A DNA stretch of 64,000 nt from Brevundimonas sp. (GTDB lineage: Bacteria > Pseudomonadota > Alphaproteobacteria > Caulobacterales > Caulobacteraceae), in NCBI RefSeq assembly GCF_032017145.1, contig NZ_DALZQC010000004.1, positions 494 through 64,493 of the forward strand, written 5' to 3'. Below are positions 19,273 to 28,659 of this stretch, piece by piece (the stretch's first letter is position 1; each line of letters opens with the position of its first letter). Made by a program: the position numbers and the translations under genes. Under the pieces are notes generated by a model. The model was not told the DNA's origin. It searched no databases and saw only the letters and a list, made by a program, of their open reading frames with translations.

Positions 19273-20552
19273 ACGGCCCTGCCCTGTTCCATCATCCAGC
19301 GGCGCTTTTCCAGCAGTCGGTCGGCGCGGCGGTCGATCTCGGCGGCGGCGGTCTCGGGGCTGTATTCGCCACGCACCATCCGTTCGGCGACGATCTGCAT
19401 CTCCGTCACGATCCGCTCCCACTCCGGCACCTTGGGCACCGCCCTGGCCCGCGCCAGCTGGCCCCGGAACGGCGCCAGCATCGGGTCGCGTTCGACGCCC
19501 GCGATGTCCCAGGCGCTCTGGCGCGCCGGCAGGTCGCCGACGATGGTGTTGAACCGGGCCTGCACCGCCGGCTCGGACAGATAGCGCACCAGGGCCCACG
19601 CCGCATCCTGATGCGGCGAGGTCTTGAAGACCGCAAGACTCGACCCACCCGGCGCCGAGGCGCCCAGGCCGTTCGGTCCCGGCACGCCCGCCGTGGCCCA
19701 GTTCGGCTGGAACGACGCGGGCAGCTTGCTGCGGAAATCGCCCACGCTCCACGGCCCGGAGAAGTAGAAGCTGAAATAGCCCTTGGCGAACTCGGTCCAG
19801 ACGTTGGAAATTTGCGTCGATGAGGCCAGCGGCGCCAGGCCTTCAGCGAACAAGCTGCGGTAGAAGGCCAGGGCCGCGACGAAGCCGGCACTGGAGAAGT
19901 TCCCGCGCGTGTCCCGATCCCTTAGCAGCGGCTCGTCGATCTGAAGCCCGAAGGTCAGAAGCTGCTCGAACTCATTGAGCGGCAGCAAGATGGCGTAGTC
20001 GCCCCCGCCCGCCACGCGCTTGATCGCGTGCATGGCCCGCTTCCATTCGGCCCAGTCCTCGGGCGGCGCCCCGAAGCCGGCCCGCGCCAGCAAATCCTTG
20101 CGATAGAACAGCAGCCGCGTGTCCACATACCAGGGTGTGGTCATGGCCCGGCCGACGATCTCGTTCGTTTCCAGCACCGCCGAAAACTGATCGGTCAACA
20201 GGTTCGCGGCCTCGGGCGGGGTCGGCGACAGGGCGCCGATGGCGGTCAGCTCCGCCACCCAGGTATTGCCGATCTGGCTGACGTCCGGCAGCGAGGCGCC
20301 GGCGTAGGCGGTCAGCAGCTTTTCGTGCGCGGCGGTCCACGGCAGGGGCTGGATCGAAGCCCGAACCCCGGGATTGCGGCGCTCGAACTCGGGCATCAAC
20401 TGACCCACCGTCCCGCCCTCGTTGCCCATGGCCCAGAAGCGCAGCACGGTCTCGCCGTCACGGCGCGGGGTGCAGGCCGCAGCCGCCCCTCCCGCCATCA
20501 GGGCCAGCGCGCCACGTCTATCGAGATGGGGCCTGGGCGCCGTCAAACTCAT
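19269..20552 (-). CDS. extracellular sugar-binding protein (ABC SBP family 1)
   Basis: Start MSLTAPRPHLDRRGALALMAGGAAAAC (lipoprotein/Tat-like signal), ATG 20552 in an ATGA overlap with the upstream stop; typical SBP1 length. Confidence 0.85.
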   Translation of the reverse strand: MSLTAPRPHLDRRGALALMAGGAAAACTPRRDGETVLRFWAMGNEGGTVGQLMPEFERRNPGVRASIQPLPWTAAHEKLLTAYAGASLPDVSQIGNTWVAELTAIGALSPTPPEAANLLTDQFSAVLETNEIVGRAMTTPWYVDTRLLFYRKDLLARAGFGAPPEDWAEWKRAMHAIKRVAGGGDYAILLPLNEFEQLLTFGLQIDEPLLRDRDTRGNFSSAGFVAALAFYRSLFAEGLAPLASSTQISNVWTEFAKGYFSFYFSGPWSVGDFRSKLPASFQPNWATAGVPGPNGLGASAPGGSSLAVFKTSPHQDAAWALVRYLSEPAVQARFNTIVGDLPARQSAWDIAGVERDPMLAPFRGQLARARAVPKVPEWERIVTEMQIVAERMVRGEYSPETAAAEIDRRADRLLEKRRWMMEQGRAV

Positions 20553-22027
20553 CCGTTCATCCAACCGCCGGTGAAGCCCGCGGTGTCGAGCGCGCGGCGG
20601 ATATTGGGCTCGCCGCGCATATGGCGCCAGACGAACTCGGACCTGTGGTTCTCGGTCATGATGACGATCGGCCCCTGGTCGATGCCCAGATAGTCGCCGT
20701 CCACCCAGCCCACGCCGTCCACGATCCTGCCGTGTTGCAGCGGCCCGTCGCGCACGGTCAGGGTCGGGTTGAAGCTGTCGAGGAAACCCCATTCGGTATA
20801 GAGGCCCGCCCCGTATGTCCGCTTCATCGCCTTGACGCAGGGCACGACGATCTCGGGCGCGAAGGCGATGGAGCTGGCCGCCGCCGTCGGCGCGATGGTG
20901 CCGTCGTCACGCTCGCCCGGCCCGCGCGCGGAATAGCTGAAGAACTCGCGCGCCTTGCCGTCGATGATCTGTTTGAAATCGCCCGGCCCGTCGCAGGCCG
21001 TCAGGCCCCAGACCTCGGACGAATAGCCCGCCCAGCCGCCCGGATTGTCATGGGCGTACTTCTGCTGGGCGTAGACGGCGCGGCGACTGTTTTCGAAATA
21101 GTCCAGCTGTTCGCCCAACTGCGCCGACTGCCCCCGCATCCAGGCGTCCCGAATGCCGCGGAAGTCGATGAACATGTGGCTGTACTGGTGCCCGAAGATG
21201 GGCGCGAAATTCAGATGCCAGCTGCCCCAGCGGTCGGTCCAGCTCTCGTTATAGCTGGCGGCCCATTCGTGCCAGACATTGACCGACACCGGATGGGTCG
21301 GGCTGCCGATGGCCAGCAGCAGCACCAGCATCCCCTCGTTATAGACGTGCCAGTCCGAGGGGATGAAGCCGCTCTCGGGATGCCAGCCCATGGTGATGCG
21401 GTTGTCGCGGATCACGGCCCACGGCCATTCGATCCGTTCGTAGATGGCCTGGGCCTTCTGGCGGATTTCCGCCTCGTCGGCGTGACGGCCGTCGAAATAG
21501 CGGGCCGCGAACAGCATGCCGCCGATCAGCAGGGCCGTATCGACCGTGGACAGCTCGTTCTGCGCGAACCGAAGCCCGGTCTCCATGTCCAGGAAATGAT
21601 AGAAGAACCCCTTGTGACCCGCCGTGCCGGTGGCTTCCGGTCCCTGCGGCAGATCATGGAAGAACCGCAGGGTCGTCAGCGTCCGCTCACGCGCCTCGGC
21701 CCGGCTTATCCAGCCGCGCTCGACGCCCACCGGCCAGCAGGTCAGGGCGAACCCGACCGCCGCCACCGAACAGAAGGACGGCGTGGGCCAGCGATCCGGC
21801 GTCAGGCCCGTGCGCCGATCCGTGACCTTCTCGAACCAGCGGAACGTCCGCTCCTGCAGCTCCTCGATCTCCTGATCCAGCCGCAAAGGCCGCCTCTGCG
21901 TCCCATTGACCGCCCCCGCCATCGCCCCCGTCGCCCCCGCCTGCTGCGCCGCCGCCATCACCGGAAACCCGACGGCCACAGCCGCCGCGCCCGTGGTGGT
22001 CCGCATCAGGAAGTTTCGACGATTCAT
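20549..22027 (-). CDS. GH144-like 'glucoamylase family' protein (putative endo-beta-1,2-glucanase)
   Basis: Tat signal MNRRNFLMRTTTGAAAVA. GFFYHFLDMETG and ELSTVDTALLIGGMLFA recalled from PF10091/GH144 proteins; family call is from memory only. Confidence 0.65.
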   Translation of the reverse strand: MNRRNFLMRTTTGAAAVAVGFPVMAAAQQAGATGAMAGAVNGTQRRPLRLDQEIEELQERTFRWFEKVTDRRTGLTPDRWPTPSFCSVAAVGFALTCWPVGVERGWISRAEARERTLTTLRFFHDLPQGPEATGTAGHKGFFYHFLDMETGLRFAQNELSTVDTALLIGGMLFAARYFDGRHADEAEIRQKAQAIYERIEWPWAVIRDNRITMGWHPESGFIPSDWHVYNEGMLVLLLAIGSPTHPVSVNVWHEWAASYNESWTDRWGSWHLNFAPIFGHQYSHMFIDFRGIRDAWMRGQSAQLGEQLDYFENSRRAVYAQQKYAHDNPGGWAGYSSEVWGLTACDGPGDFKQIIDGKAREFFSYSARGPGERDDGTIAPTAAASSIAFAPEIVVPCVKAMKRTYGAGLYTEWGFLDSFNPTLTVRDGPLQHGRIVDGVGWVDGDYLGIDQGPIVIMTENHRSEFVWRHMRGEPNIRRALDTAGFTGGWMNG

Positions 22028-22051
22028 GGGCACGCTCACTGGGTCTGCATC

Positions 22052-22090
22052 AAAAAGAAAGGCCGCCTTCCGACAAGCGAAAGACGGCCT
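22052..22090 (-). terminator. intrinsic terminator/attenuator between the TBDR and GH144-like genes
   Basis: Minus strand reads AGGCCGuc...gGCGGCCU followed by UUCUUUUU, beginning 11 nt after the receptor stop. Confidence 0.5.
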
Positions 22091-22101
22091 AGGCTCAGGG
22101 T

Positions 22102-25100
22102 TTAGAAGGCGTAGCGCAGGCCAACCTGGAAGCTGCGGGTCGGCAGATAGACTTCGGTTCCAGCGCCGTAGCGCGGGCTGTTGAAGCCGGTATCGAACGA
22201 CTTGAAGTTGGTGAAGTTGAAGATGTTGATCGCGTCGGCGATGAACTCGACCCGCTGCCCCCCAAAGACGTCGAAGCCCTTGGTCAGACGCAGATCGACC
22301 TGGCGATAGGCGAAGTTGAAGCCCGGGAAGAAAGCCCGCTTCTCAGGATTGCCCGCGTTCCAGCAGATGTTGGGACCGCCGGCCGGGGCGCTCGGGCAAT
22401 CGTTGATGTTGTACGGCAACCCCGATCCCAGGGTCACTATGCCCGACAGCAGGAAGTCGGCGGGCAAGCCCAGGGTGCCAGACGCCACGATGCGGTGCCG
22501 CTCGTCCGTGGAAGAGCGATACTTCGGCGACTGGCCCGGGGTGTTGTAGTCGAAGTCGAAGGCGCCGTAGCCATTGTCGCGGCTGCCGTTCTGCGTCGCA
22601 TCCATATAGGTGTAGGCGATGTTGAAGCCCCAACGATCCTCGGCGTTATACGGCTTGTCAGCAGTCAGATAGATCGCCTTGTAGTCGCGCTCCTTATCCG
22701 TGTTCTGGAAGAAGATCAGGTTGCGGAACTGCGAGAAGCCGACCGAGCCCGGGGTCGGCCCGTTGAAGCGCCCGCCCGTCTCGGTGAGCGCATTGGCGAT
22801 ATACCAGGCCGATTCACCCTCCGTATGGCCGGCGGCCAGCGTCAGCGCGGTCTGCCAGCGGCCGAACTTCTGACGGATGCCGAGGTTGAACTGATCCGTG
22901 CGCGGCGGCTCGAAATCGTTCTTCACCAGGAAGACCTCGCCGGCGCCCGGGCTTGCGGCCAGCAGCGGATCGAGCCCAGCAGGCGTCAGATAGGATGTGT
23001 TCCAAGCCACAGTGTTGGTGAATGTCGGGTTGCCGGAACCATCTGTGCCTGTCTGGATAGGTGTCCCGTTTCGCGTGAAATAGATGGTCTTGTTGAACTG
23101 GAACGGCTTGAAACGCTCGTCGAAAGCAAAGTTGAAGCCGATGCGGTCATAATAGCGGCCGGCGCCGCCGAAGATCACCGTCTGCTCGTCGCCGAACACA
23201 TCGTACGAGAAGCCGAAGCGCGGCTGGAACGCGCCCTTGAACGCCTTGCGATCACCGTTCGAGATGTAATCCGATGGGTTGAAGTAAGAAGGGAAGTCGT
23301 AGCCCGGAAGATTCTGGATCGCCGACAGCATGTTGCGGATGGAATCGGGCGTGCGGTAATCGTTGTTGACCGCATTGTCCTCATAGTCCCAACGAATGCC
23401 GAGGTTGAGTTCGAGCTTGTCCGTGATCTGCCAATCGTCCTGGATATAGAGCCCGATGACATTGTTATCGACATCCGCTGGAGGCACAGCCACGCCCAAA
23501 TCCACGGCGACGGGGATTTCACGGCTACCGTTGATCTCTGGTCGCGCATCGACGTCGTATGTGAAAGTCGGATTGCGACCGAAATCCTTCTGCACAAAAT
23601 AGTTCTGCATCGAATATTTCGCACCCATCTTGATGGTGTGCGTTCCCATCCAGGCCAGGTCTGGGATCGTCAGATCGTTGCGGATCGTCGTGCTTTTCTG
23701 CTGCAGGAATTGCGCGTCGGCACGTCCCCCAGCGGTGAAGACAGTCGAGTTTCTGTTGTTGACGTTGTACTGGAAGCCGGGCTGGCCGGTCGGTCCAGTC
23801 GAGTCGTCGTTGAAGATCACATACTGACGACCATAGTCACCGCCATTAATAACCGACTGCTCGTAGCTCGACTTCAGATAGTCGATCGAGAACTCGTTCA
23901 GGAAATGCTGGCCCTGGAACTGATGACGAAGGTTGAAGGCCTGGGTCTCGCCATTGTTGCGGGCGGCGCGGCTGGGGGCGTTCTGACCGCTGGCGCCGCG
24001 GATGTCCTCTTCAGTCTTGTATTCCGTGCTGAGTTCCAGCCGCTGACGGTCGTCGATCTGCCATGACAGTTTGCCGAAGAAGACGTCCTGCTCATAGGGC
24101 GTGGACACCGTACCCAGGTCGGCGGCGAAGAAGTCGTTGTATTCGGTGCGGTTCAGGAACGACTGGGCGATGCGGTCTTCGTCCTTGCGTTCATAGGCGC
24201 CGAAGAAGTGCAGGCGATCCTGGATGATCGGTCCGCCCAGGCTGGCGCCATATTGCAGACGACGCACCGGGGCCTTTTCGGCGCCGCGACGGCGAGAGAT
24301 CTCGTCCTGCGCCACCCAGTCAGGGTCCTGGTAGAAGACGAAGGCGTCGCCGTGGAACTCGTTGGTGCCGGATCGCGTCACGGCGGTGATGATGGCCGAA
24401 CCGGCCTGCTCGTATTCGGCCTTGAAGTTCTGGCTGATGACGCGGAACTCCTGCACCGCGCCCTGAGGGAATGGCGTTCCACGGCTGTCGTCCTGACCGG
24501 CCACGCCCCCGTCGTTGATCAGCGACTTGCGGTTCTGGCCGTCGATGAAGACGTTGATGGCTTGGGCGGTCTGGCCGCCGGCGGAAATCGTCCGCTCCGT
24601 ATCGTCTTCGGTCACGCGCAGGCCCGGAGCCAGCGCGGCGAAGTTCAGGAAGTTGCGGCTGATCTGCGGCAGGTTGTTGATCTGCTGCTGAGTGACGTTT
24701 GTGGCGACTTCCGGCGTGCGCACTTCGAACACGCGACGGCCGGTGACGACGATGTCGCCCAACTCGGTCGCGCCGGCCGTGGCCTGGCCGGTCGGAGCGG
24801 TGGCCCCGGCGACGTCCAGGTTCAGGGTTCCGACCTGGCCCAACGACAGGGTGACGGTCTGTTCCGCAGTCTGACCGTCAGCGCTGGTGACCTGGACACG
24901 GTAGGTGCCGGGACGCAGGCCCGAAAGGACATAACGCCCGTCGGCGCCGACGCGCGCGCGGGTCGCATAGCCGGTCGACACTTCGGTCGCGACCACGGTA
25001 GCGCCGGCTTCGGCGGTCTGGCCGTCGTAGACCGAGCCCCGAAGCGTGGTGGTCGCGTTCTGAGCCGACGCGCCTCCCGCGACGGCCATGCTCAAGGCCA

Positions 25101-25149
25101 GGACCGAGGCGGCGGCCAGGGCCAGGTTGCGTGTGTTGAACTGGGTCAT
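22102..25149 (-). CDS. TonB-dependent receptor with N-terminal carboxypeptidase-regulatory-like domain
   Basis: Start MTQFNTRNLALAAASVLA (ATG 25149); CarbopepD_reg-like LRGSVYDG...GTYRVQV; plug; terminal ...VGLRYAF. Confidence 0.9.
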   Translation of the reverse strand: MTQFNTRNLALAAASVLALSMAVAGGASAQNATTTLRGSVYDGQTAEAGATVVATEVSTGYATRARVGADGRYVLSGLRPGTYRVQVTSADGQTAEQTVTLSLGQVGTLNLDVAGATAPTGQATAGATELGDIVVTGRRVFEVRTPEVATNVTQQQINNLPQISRNFLNFAALAPGLRVTEDDTERTISAGGQTAQAINVFIDGQNRKSLINDGGVAGQDDSRGTPFPQGAVQEFRVISQNFKAEYEQAGSAIITAVTRSGTNEFHGDAFVFYQDPDWVAQDEISRRRGAEKAPVRRLQYGASLGGPIIQDRLHFFGAYERKDEDRIAQSFLNRTEYNDFFAADLGTVSTPYEQDVFFGKLSWQIDDRQRLELSTEYKTEEDIRGASGQNAPSRAARNNGETQAFNLRHQFQGQHFLNEFSIDYLKSSYEQSVINGGDYGRQYVIFNDDSTGPTGQPGFQYNVNNRNSTVFTAGGRADAQFLQQKSTTIRNDLTIPDLAWMGTHTIKMGAKYSMQNYFVQKDFGRNPTFTYDVDARPEINGSREIPVAVDLGVAVPPADVDNNVIGLYIQDDWQITDKLELNLGIRWDYEDNAVNNDYRTPDSIRNMLSAIQNLPGYDFPSYFNPSDYISNGDRKAFKGAFQPRFGFSYDVFGDEQTVIFGGAGRYYDRIGFNFAFDERFKPFQFNKTIYFTRNGTPIQTGTDGSGNPTFTNTVAWNTSYLTPAGLDPLLAASPGAGEVFLVKNDFEPPRTDQFNLGIRQKFGRWQTALTLAAGHTEGESAWYIANALTETGGRFNGPTPGSVGFSQFRNLIFFQNTDKERDYKAIYLTADKPYNAEDRWGFNIAYTYMDATQNGSRDNGYGAFDFDYNTPGQSPKYRSSTDERHRIVASGTLGLPADFLLSGIVTLGSGLPYNINDCPSAPAGGPNICWNAGNPEKRAFFPGFNFAYRQVDLRLTKGFDVFGGQRVEFIADAINIFNFTNFKSFDTGFNSPRYGAGTEVYLPTRSFQVGLRYAF

Positions 25150-25199
25150 CCTGAGTTCTCCCCTTCCCTTGGGATCGGTTGGCGTCGGCATGACGTCCC

Positions 25200-26273
25200 T
25201 CACCCCTTGTTGAACCTGGCGGTCGGGACCGCCGCGGTGGATTGGCGTTCGACCAGGATCGGTCGGACGATTTCGCAGTTGGTGTCGGCGGCCTCGCCGG
25301 TCTGGCCGGCCTGGACCAGGCCGATCAGGCGTTCGACGCCTCGCCGGCCGATCTCGGCGATGTTGACGCGCATGGTGGTCAGCGCGGGCCGCACCAGGGC
25401 GGCGATGGGCACGTCGTCGAAGCCGACGACGGCGATGTCTTCGGGGCAGCGCACGCCCGCTTCCTGAAAGGCCAGAAGGGCGCCGACCGCCATCATGTCG
25501 TTGGCGGCGAAAACAGCGTCAGGCCGCTGGGGCATGGCCAGAAGCTGCGTCGCGGCGCGGTGCCCCGACGCCTGGGAGAAGTCGCCTTCCACGATGATCG
25601 GCGCCTGGTCGTCCAGCGCCGAGACATAGCCGGCCGCGCGGGTGTCGGCCTCGACGTTGGCGGCGGCGCCGCGAATATGGGCGATGCGGCGCCGGCCTGT
25701 GGCGCGCAGATGCTGGACCGCCGCGACCGCGCCCCCGTGGTTGTCGATGACGATGGCGGCGCGCCCGGCCTCGGCCGTGCCAGCGTTCATCAGCAGGACC
25801 GGCATCCGCCCGGCGAACTCATTGGCCAGATTGGCGGCGCCGACATGGGGCGACAGAACGATCATTCCGTCCACGCGGCCGCGCATGGAGCGGACGGCCG
25901 CCAGGGTGTCCTCGGCGCCGTCATGCGAGCTGGAGACGATCAGATGCTTGCCATGCGCCCGCGCGGCCAAATCCATGCCCCGGATCAACTCCGAGAAGAA
26001 CTCGCCGAACAGGTCGGGCAGGATGACCCCGATGGTGTCGTTCTTGCTGGTCGACAGGCTGCGGGCGCCGAAATGGGGGACGTAGCGCAGATGCTCCACA
26101 GCATCGAGCACACGCTGGCGGGTCGCGTCGGACGTCACGCCCAGACCGTTCAGCACACGAGAGACGGAGGCGACGGACACCTGGGCGCGTTCGGCCACGT
26201 CACGCATGGTGGCGGCCTTGGCGAAGGGGGAACCCTCCTGCCCGGCGGTCGACTCAGCGGTCGGTGCGGCCAT
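25200..26273 (-). CDS. LacI-family transcriptional regulator
   Basis: ATMRDVAERAQVSVASVSRVLNG HTH plus a periplasmic-binding-fold core; ATG 26273 chosen. Confidence 0.85.
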   Translation of the reverse strand: MAAPTAESTAGQEGSPFAKAATMRDVAERAQVSVASVSRVLNGLGVTSDATRQRVLDAVEHLRYVPHFGARSLSTSKNDTIGVILPDLFGEFFSELIRGMDLAARAHGKHLIVSSSHDGAEDTLAAVRSMRGRVDGMIVLSPHVGAANLANEFAGRMPVLLMNAGTAEAGRAAIVIDNHGGAVAAVQHLRATGRRRIAHIRGAAANVEADTRAAGYVSALDDQAPIIVEGDFSQASGHRAATQLLAMPQRPDAVFAANDMMAVGALLAFQEAGVRCPEDIAVVGFDDVPIAALVRPALTTMRVNIAEIGRRGVERLIGLVQAGQTGEAADTNCEIVRPILVERQSTAAVPTARFNKG

Positions 26274-26339
26274 GTCCAATCGATCGTCTCCCTGAATTCC
26301 CACCGTGCCGGCTTCTTGTCGAAGTTCCGTCGATACAGA

Positions 26340-26355
26340 ATGTAAGCGGTTACAT
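26340..26355. promoter_or_regulatory. LacI-type operator ATGTAAGCGGTTACAT
   Basis: 14/16 palindromic; 67 bp upstream of the LacI start; near-identical half-sites to 5158-5171. Confidence 0.5.
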
Positions 26356-26583
26356 GACACAGGAGTAATCCGGCCCGCAAGCGTCTGAAGGTCGCATTTC
26401 CGTCAATTTTGCGAGACGTCGGGTCAGGTTGTGCAAAGAAGTGCGATGGAAGTCGGCGCGGACGCGGGCTGAATAATCTGCGATTTCAATCGCCAACGAG
26501 GCGCTGCACGTCCGACAGGGCCAAGCCGTCGTCGCCATTATCCAAGCGAGAATGCGCCAGTTATCGGCAGACCCGAACAGGTA

Positions 26584-26618
26584 ACAAGGCCCGCAACGGG
26601 GCGGCGTCGCGGGCCTTC
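26584..26618 (-). terminator. hairpin terminator after mmsB
   Basis: GGCCCGC (26588-26594) / GCGGGCC (26609-26615) stem about 35 nt after the mmsB stop, followed on the minus strand by UUGUU. Confidence 0.45.
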
Positions 26619-26650
26619 CGACCGTCAGAATAAACCGAGTCGAAGGGTCT

Positions 26651-27553
26651 TCAGGCGGGGTCCAAATCCGCCAGCCGCCCCCTCAGCATCTGCAGCATGG
26701 CCGAAAAGTCGCGCCCGCCGTGCCCGATGCCGTCGAACAGTGCGTACAGAGCCTCGGCCTGGGCGCCCAGCGGCGTTGTCGCGCCGGACTTGGCCGCCGC
26801 GTCCTGCGCCAGTTTCAGGTCCTTCAGCATCATGGCCGTGGCGAACCCGCCCTGATAGTCGCGGTTGGACGGGGCGGTCGGCACCGGGCCGGGCCAGGGA
26901 TAATAGCTTGTCACGCTCCAGCACTGGCCCGACGACTTGGACGCGATCTCGAAGAAGCGCTCCGGGTCCAGGCCCAGTTTTTCGGCCAGGGCGATGGCTT
27001 CGCACGTGCCCAGCATGGAGATGCCCAGCAGCATGTTGTTGCAGATCTTGGCCGCCTGCCCCGCGCCGTGATCGCCCGCGCGGATGGTGATGCGGCTCAT
27101 CGGCTCCAGCGCCGTCTCGACGCGCGCGAAATCACCTTCGTCGCAGCCGACCATGAAGGCCAAGGTCCCCGCATCCGCCGCCGCCGTGCCGCCCGACACC
27201 GGAGCGTCGGCGAAGGCGTAGCCCGCCTCCTTGGCGAGACCCGCGACCGTCCTCGCCGTCTCCACGTCGATGGTCGAGCAATCCAGCAGCAGGGCGGTGG
27301 ACGGCGCCGCGCCGATGATCTGTTCCGAATAGACGGATCGCACATGCGGACCGGCGGGCAGCATGGTGACGACCAGTTCGGCGTCCTTGACCGCCTCAGC
27401 CACCGATCCCACGGGGGTGCAGCCCTGGGACGCGGCCCGCTCCAGCGCGCTGGGCGACAGGTCGAAGGCCGCGACCGCATGGCCCGCCTTGGCCTGATTG
27501 GCGGCCATGCCGCCGCCCATATTGCCCAGGCCGATGAAGGCGATCTTGGTCAT
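26651..27553 (-). CDS. mmsB: 3-hydroxyisobutyrate dehydrogenase
   Basis: MTKIAFIGLGNMGGGMA Rossmann motif; operon context with mmsA, acyl-CoA dehydrogenase and HIBCH. Confidence 0.85.
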   Translation of the reverse strand: MTKIAFIGLGNMGGGMAANQAKAGHAVAAFDLSPSALERAASQGCTPVGSVAEAVKDAELVVTMLPAGPHVRSVYSEQIIGAAPSTALLLDCSTIDVETARTVAGLAKEAGYAFADAPVSGGTAAADAGTLAFMVGCDEGDFARVETALEPMSRITIRAGDHGAGQAAKICNNMLLGISMLGTCEAIALAEKLGLDPERFFEIASKSSGQCWSVTSYYPWPGPVPTAPSNRDYQGGFATAMMLKDLKLAQDAAAKSGATTPLGAQAEALYALFDGIGHGGRDFSAMLQMLRGRLADLDPA

Positions 27554-27577
27554 GGTCTCTCTCCCTTTGTGCTTCCG

Positions 27578-27603
27578 CTCATCCCCGCGAAAGCGGGGAC
27601 CCA
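27578..27603. repeat. small REP hairpin CTCATCCCCGCGAAAGCGGGGACCCA
   Basis: Stem TCCCCGC/GCGGGGA with GAAA loop, between the hydrolase stop and the mmsB start. A common alphaproteobacterial intergenic repeat type (recollection). Confidence 0.4.
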
Positions 27604-27609
27604 GCCTTT

Positions 27610-28659
27610 TCACGGCAGCGGCGTCCATTTTTCATTGTCCGGCAGGGGCGCGAACAGCGCGTCCAGCGTCGCGTCGGTAACGCCCGACAGGTCCGCCGGG
27701 GACCATTTCGGCGCATTGTCCTTGTCCACGATCACGGCCCGCACGCCTTCCTGGAAGTCGTAGGTCGCGCCGATCCGGCCGCTGACGGCGTACTCCACGG
27801 CCATGTTGGCGTCGAAGGACGCGGCCTTCGCCCCCTCGCGGATGTGGCGCAGCGTGACCTTCAGCGAGGTCGGCGACTTGGTCTTCAGCGTCGCCAGTTG
27901 CGCCGCCGCCCAGTCCGATCCGTCGGCTTCGAGCGCCGCGAAAATCTCCTCCACCGTGTCGAAGGCGAACAGCCGGTCGATGGCCTCACGGTGGGCAGCG
28001 AGGGGCGCGGGGCCCGCGTCCTTTGCGTGGCGCGCGGCGACCGACGACGGATCGGCGGGATCGGCCAGCAGGTCCGTCTTCAGCGCCTCGACGCCCTCGG
28101 ACGGCACGAAGTGGGTGTGGATACCCAGGGCCACCGTGTCCGCCGCCTTCAGCCGTGCGCCAGTCAGGCCGATCCAGACACCCGTCTGTCCCGGCAGGCG
28201 CGGCAGGAACCAGCCGCCCCCGACCTCGGGATACAGGCCAATGCCTGTCTCCGGCATGGCGTAGGAGGTCCTTTCGGTGGCGATACGGATATCCGCCGGT
28301 TCCGAAATCCCGACCCCGCCGCCCATGACGATGCCGTCGACGATGGCGGTGATCGGCTTGGGATAGCCGAACATCAGGGCGTTCAGCTGATACTCCGCCT
28401 TGAAGAAGGCCCGCGCATCCACACCGTCGCCGGCGCCGCTTTCGGCGATCATGCGGATGTCGCCGCCCGCACAGAACCCGCGCTCGCCCGTATGATCGAC
28501 CAGCACGGAGCGCACGGCCGCGTCGTCGCGCCAGCTCAGCAAAGTGGCGATCATCGTTTCGCACATCGTCCGGTTCAGGGCGTGAATCGCCCTGGGTCGG
28601 TTCAGGGTGATGCGGCCGACGCCGCTCTCGATGCGTGTAATGATCTCGGCGTCGCTCAC
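27610..28659 (-). CDS. 3-hydroxyisobutyryl-CoA hydrolase (enoyl-CoA hydratase/isomerase family)
   Basis: GTG 28659 in a GTGA overlap with the acyl-CoA dehydrogenase stop; RGFCAGGDIR, GIVMGGGVGIS, MPETGIGLYPEVGG crotonase motifs; ~349 aa as for HIBCH. Confidence 0.8.
   Translation of the reverse strand: MSDAEIITRIESGVGRITLNRPRAIHALNRTMCETMIATLLSWRDDAAVRSVLVDHTGERGFCAGGDIRMIAESGAGDGVDARAFFKAEYQLNALMFGYPKPITAIVDGIVMGGGVGISEPADIRIATERTSYAMPETGIGLYPEVGGGWFLPRLPGQTGVWIGLTGARLKAADTVALGIHTHFVPSEGVEALKTDLLADPADPSSVAARHAKDAGPAPLAAHREAIDRLFAFDTVEEIFAALEADGSDWAAAQLATLKTKSPTSLKVTLRHIREGAKAASFDANMAVEYAVSGRIGATYDFQEGVRAVIVDKDNAPKWSPADLSGVTDATLDALFAPLPDNEKWTPLP

Noticed and set aside
26361-26580. Lower-GC spacer between the LacI promoter and the mmsB terminator with a 62-aa ORF (26350..26538), considered as a small gene or sRNA.
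   Set aside because: The ORF has no SD or motif and an odd composition. No convincing structure was seen apart from the terminator hairpin at 26588-26615.
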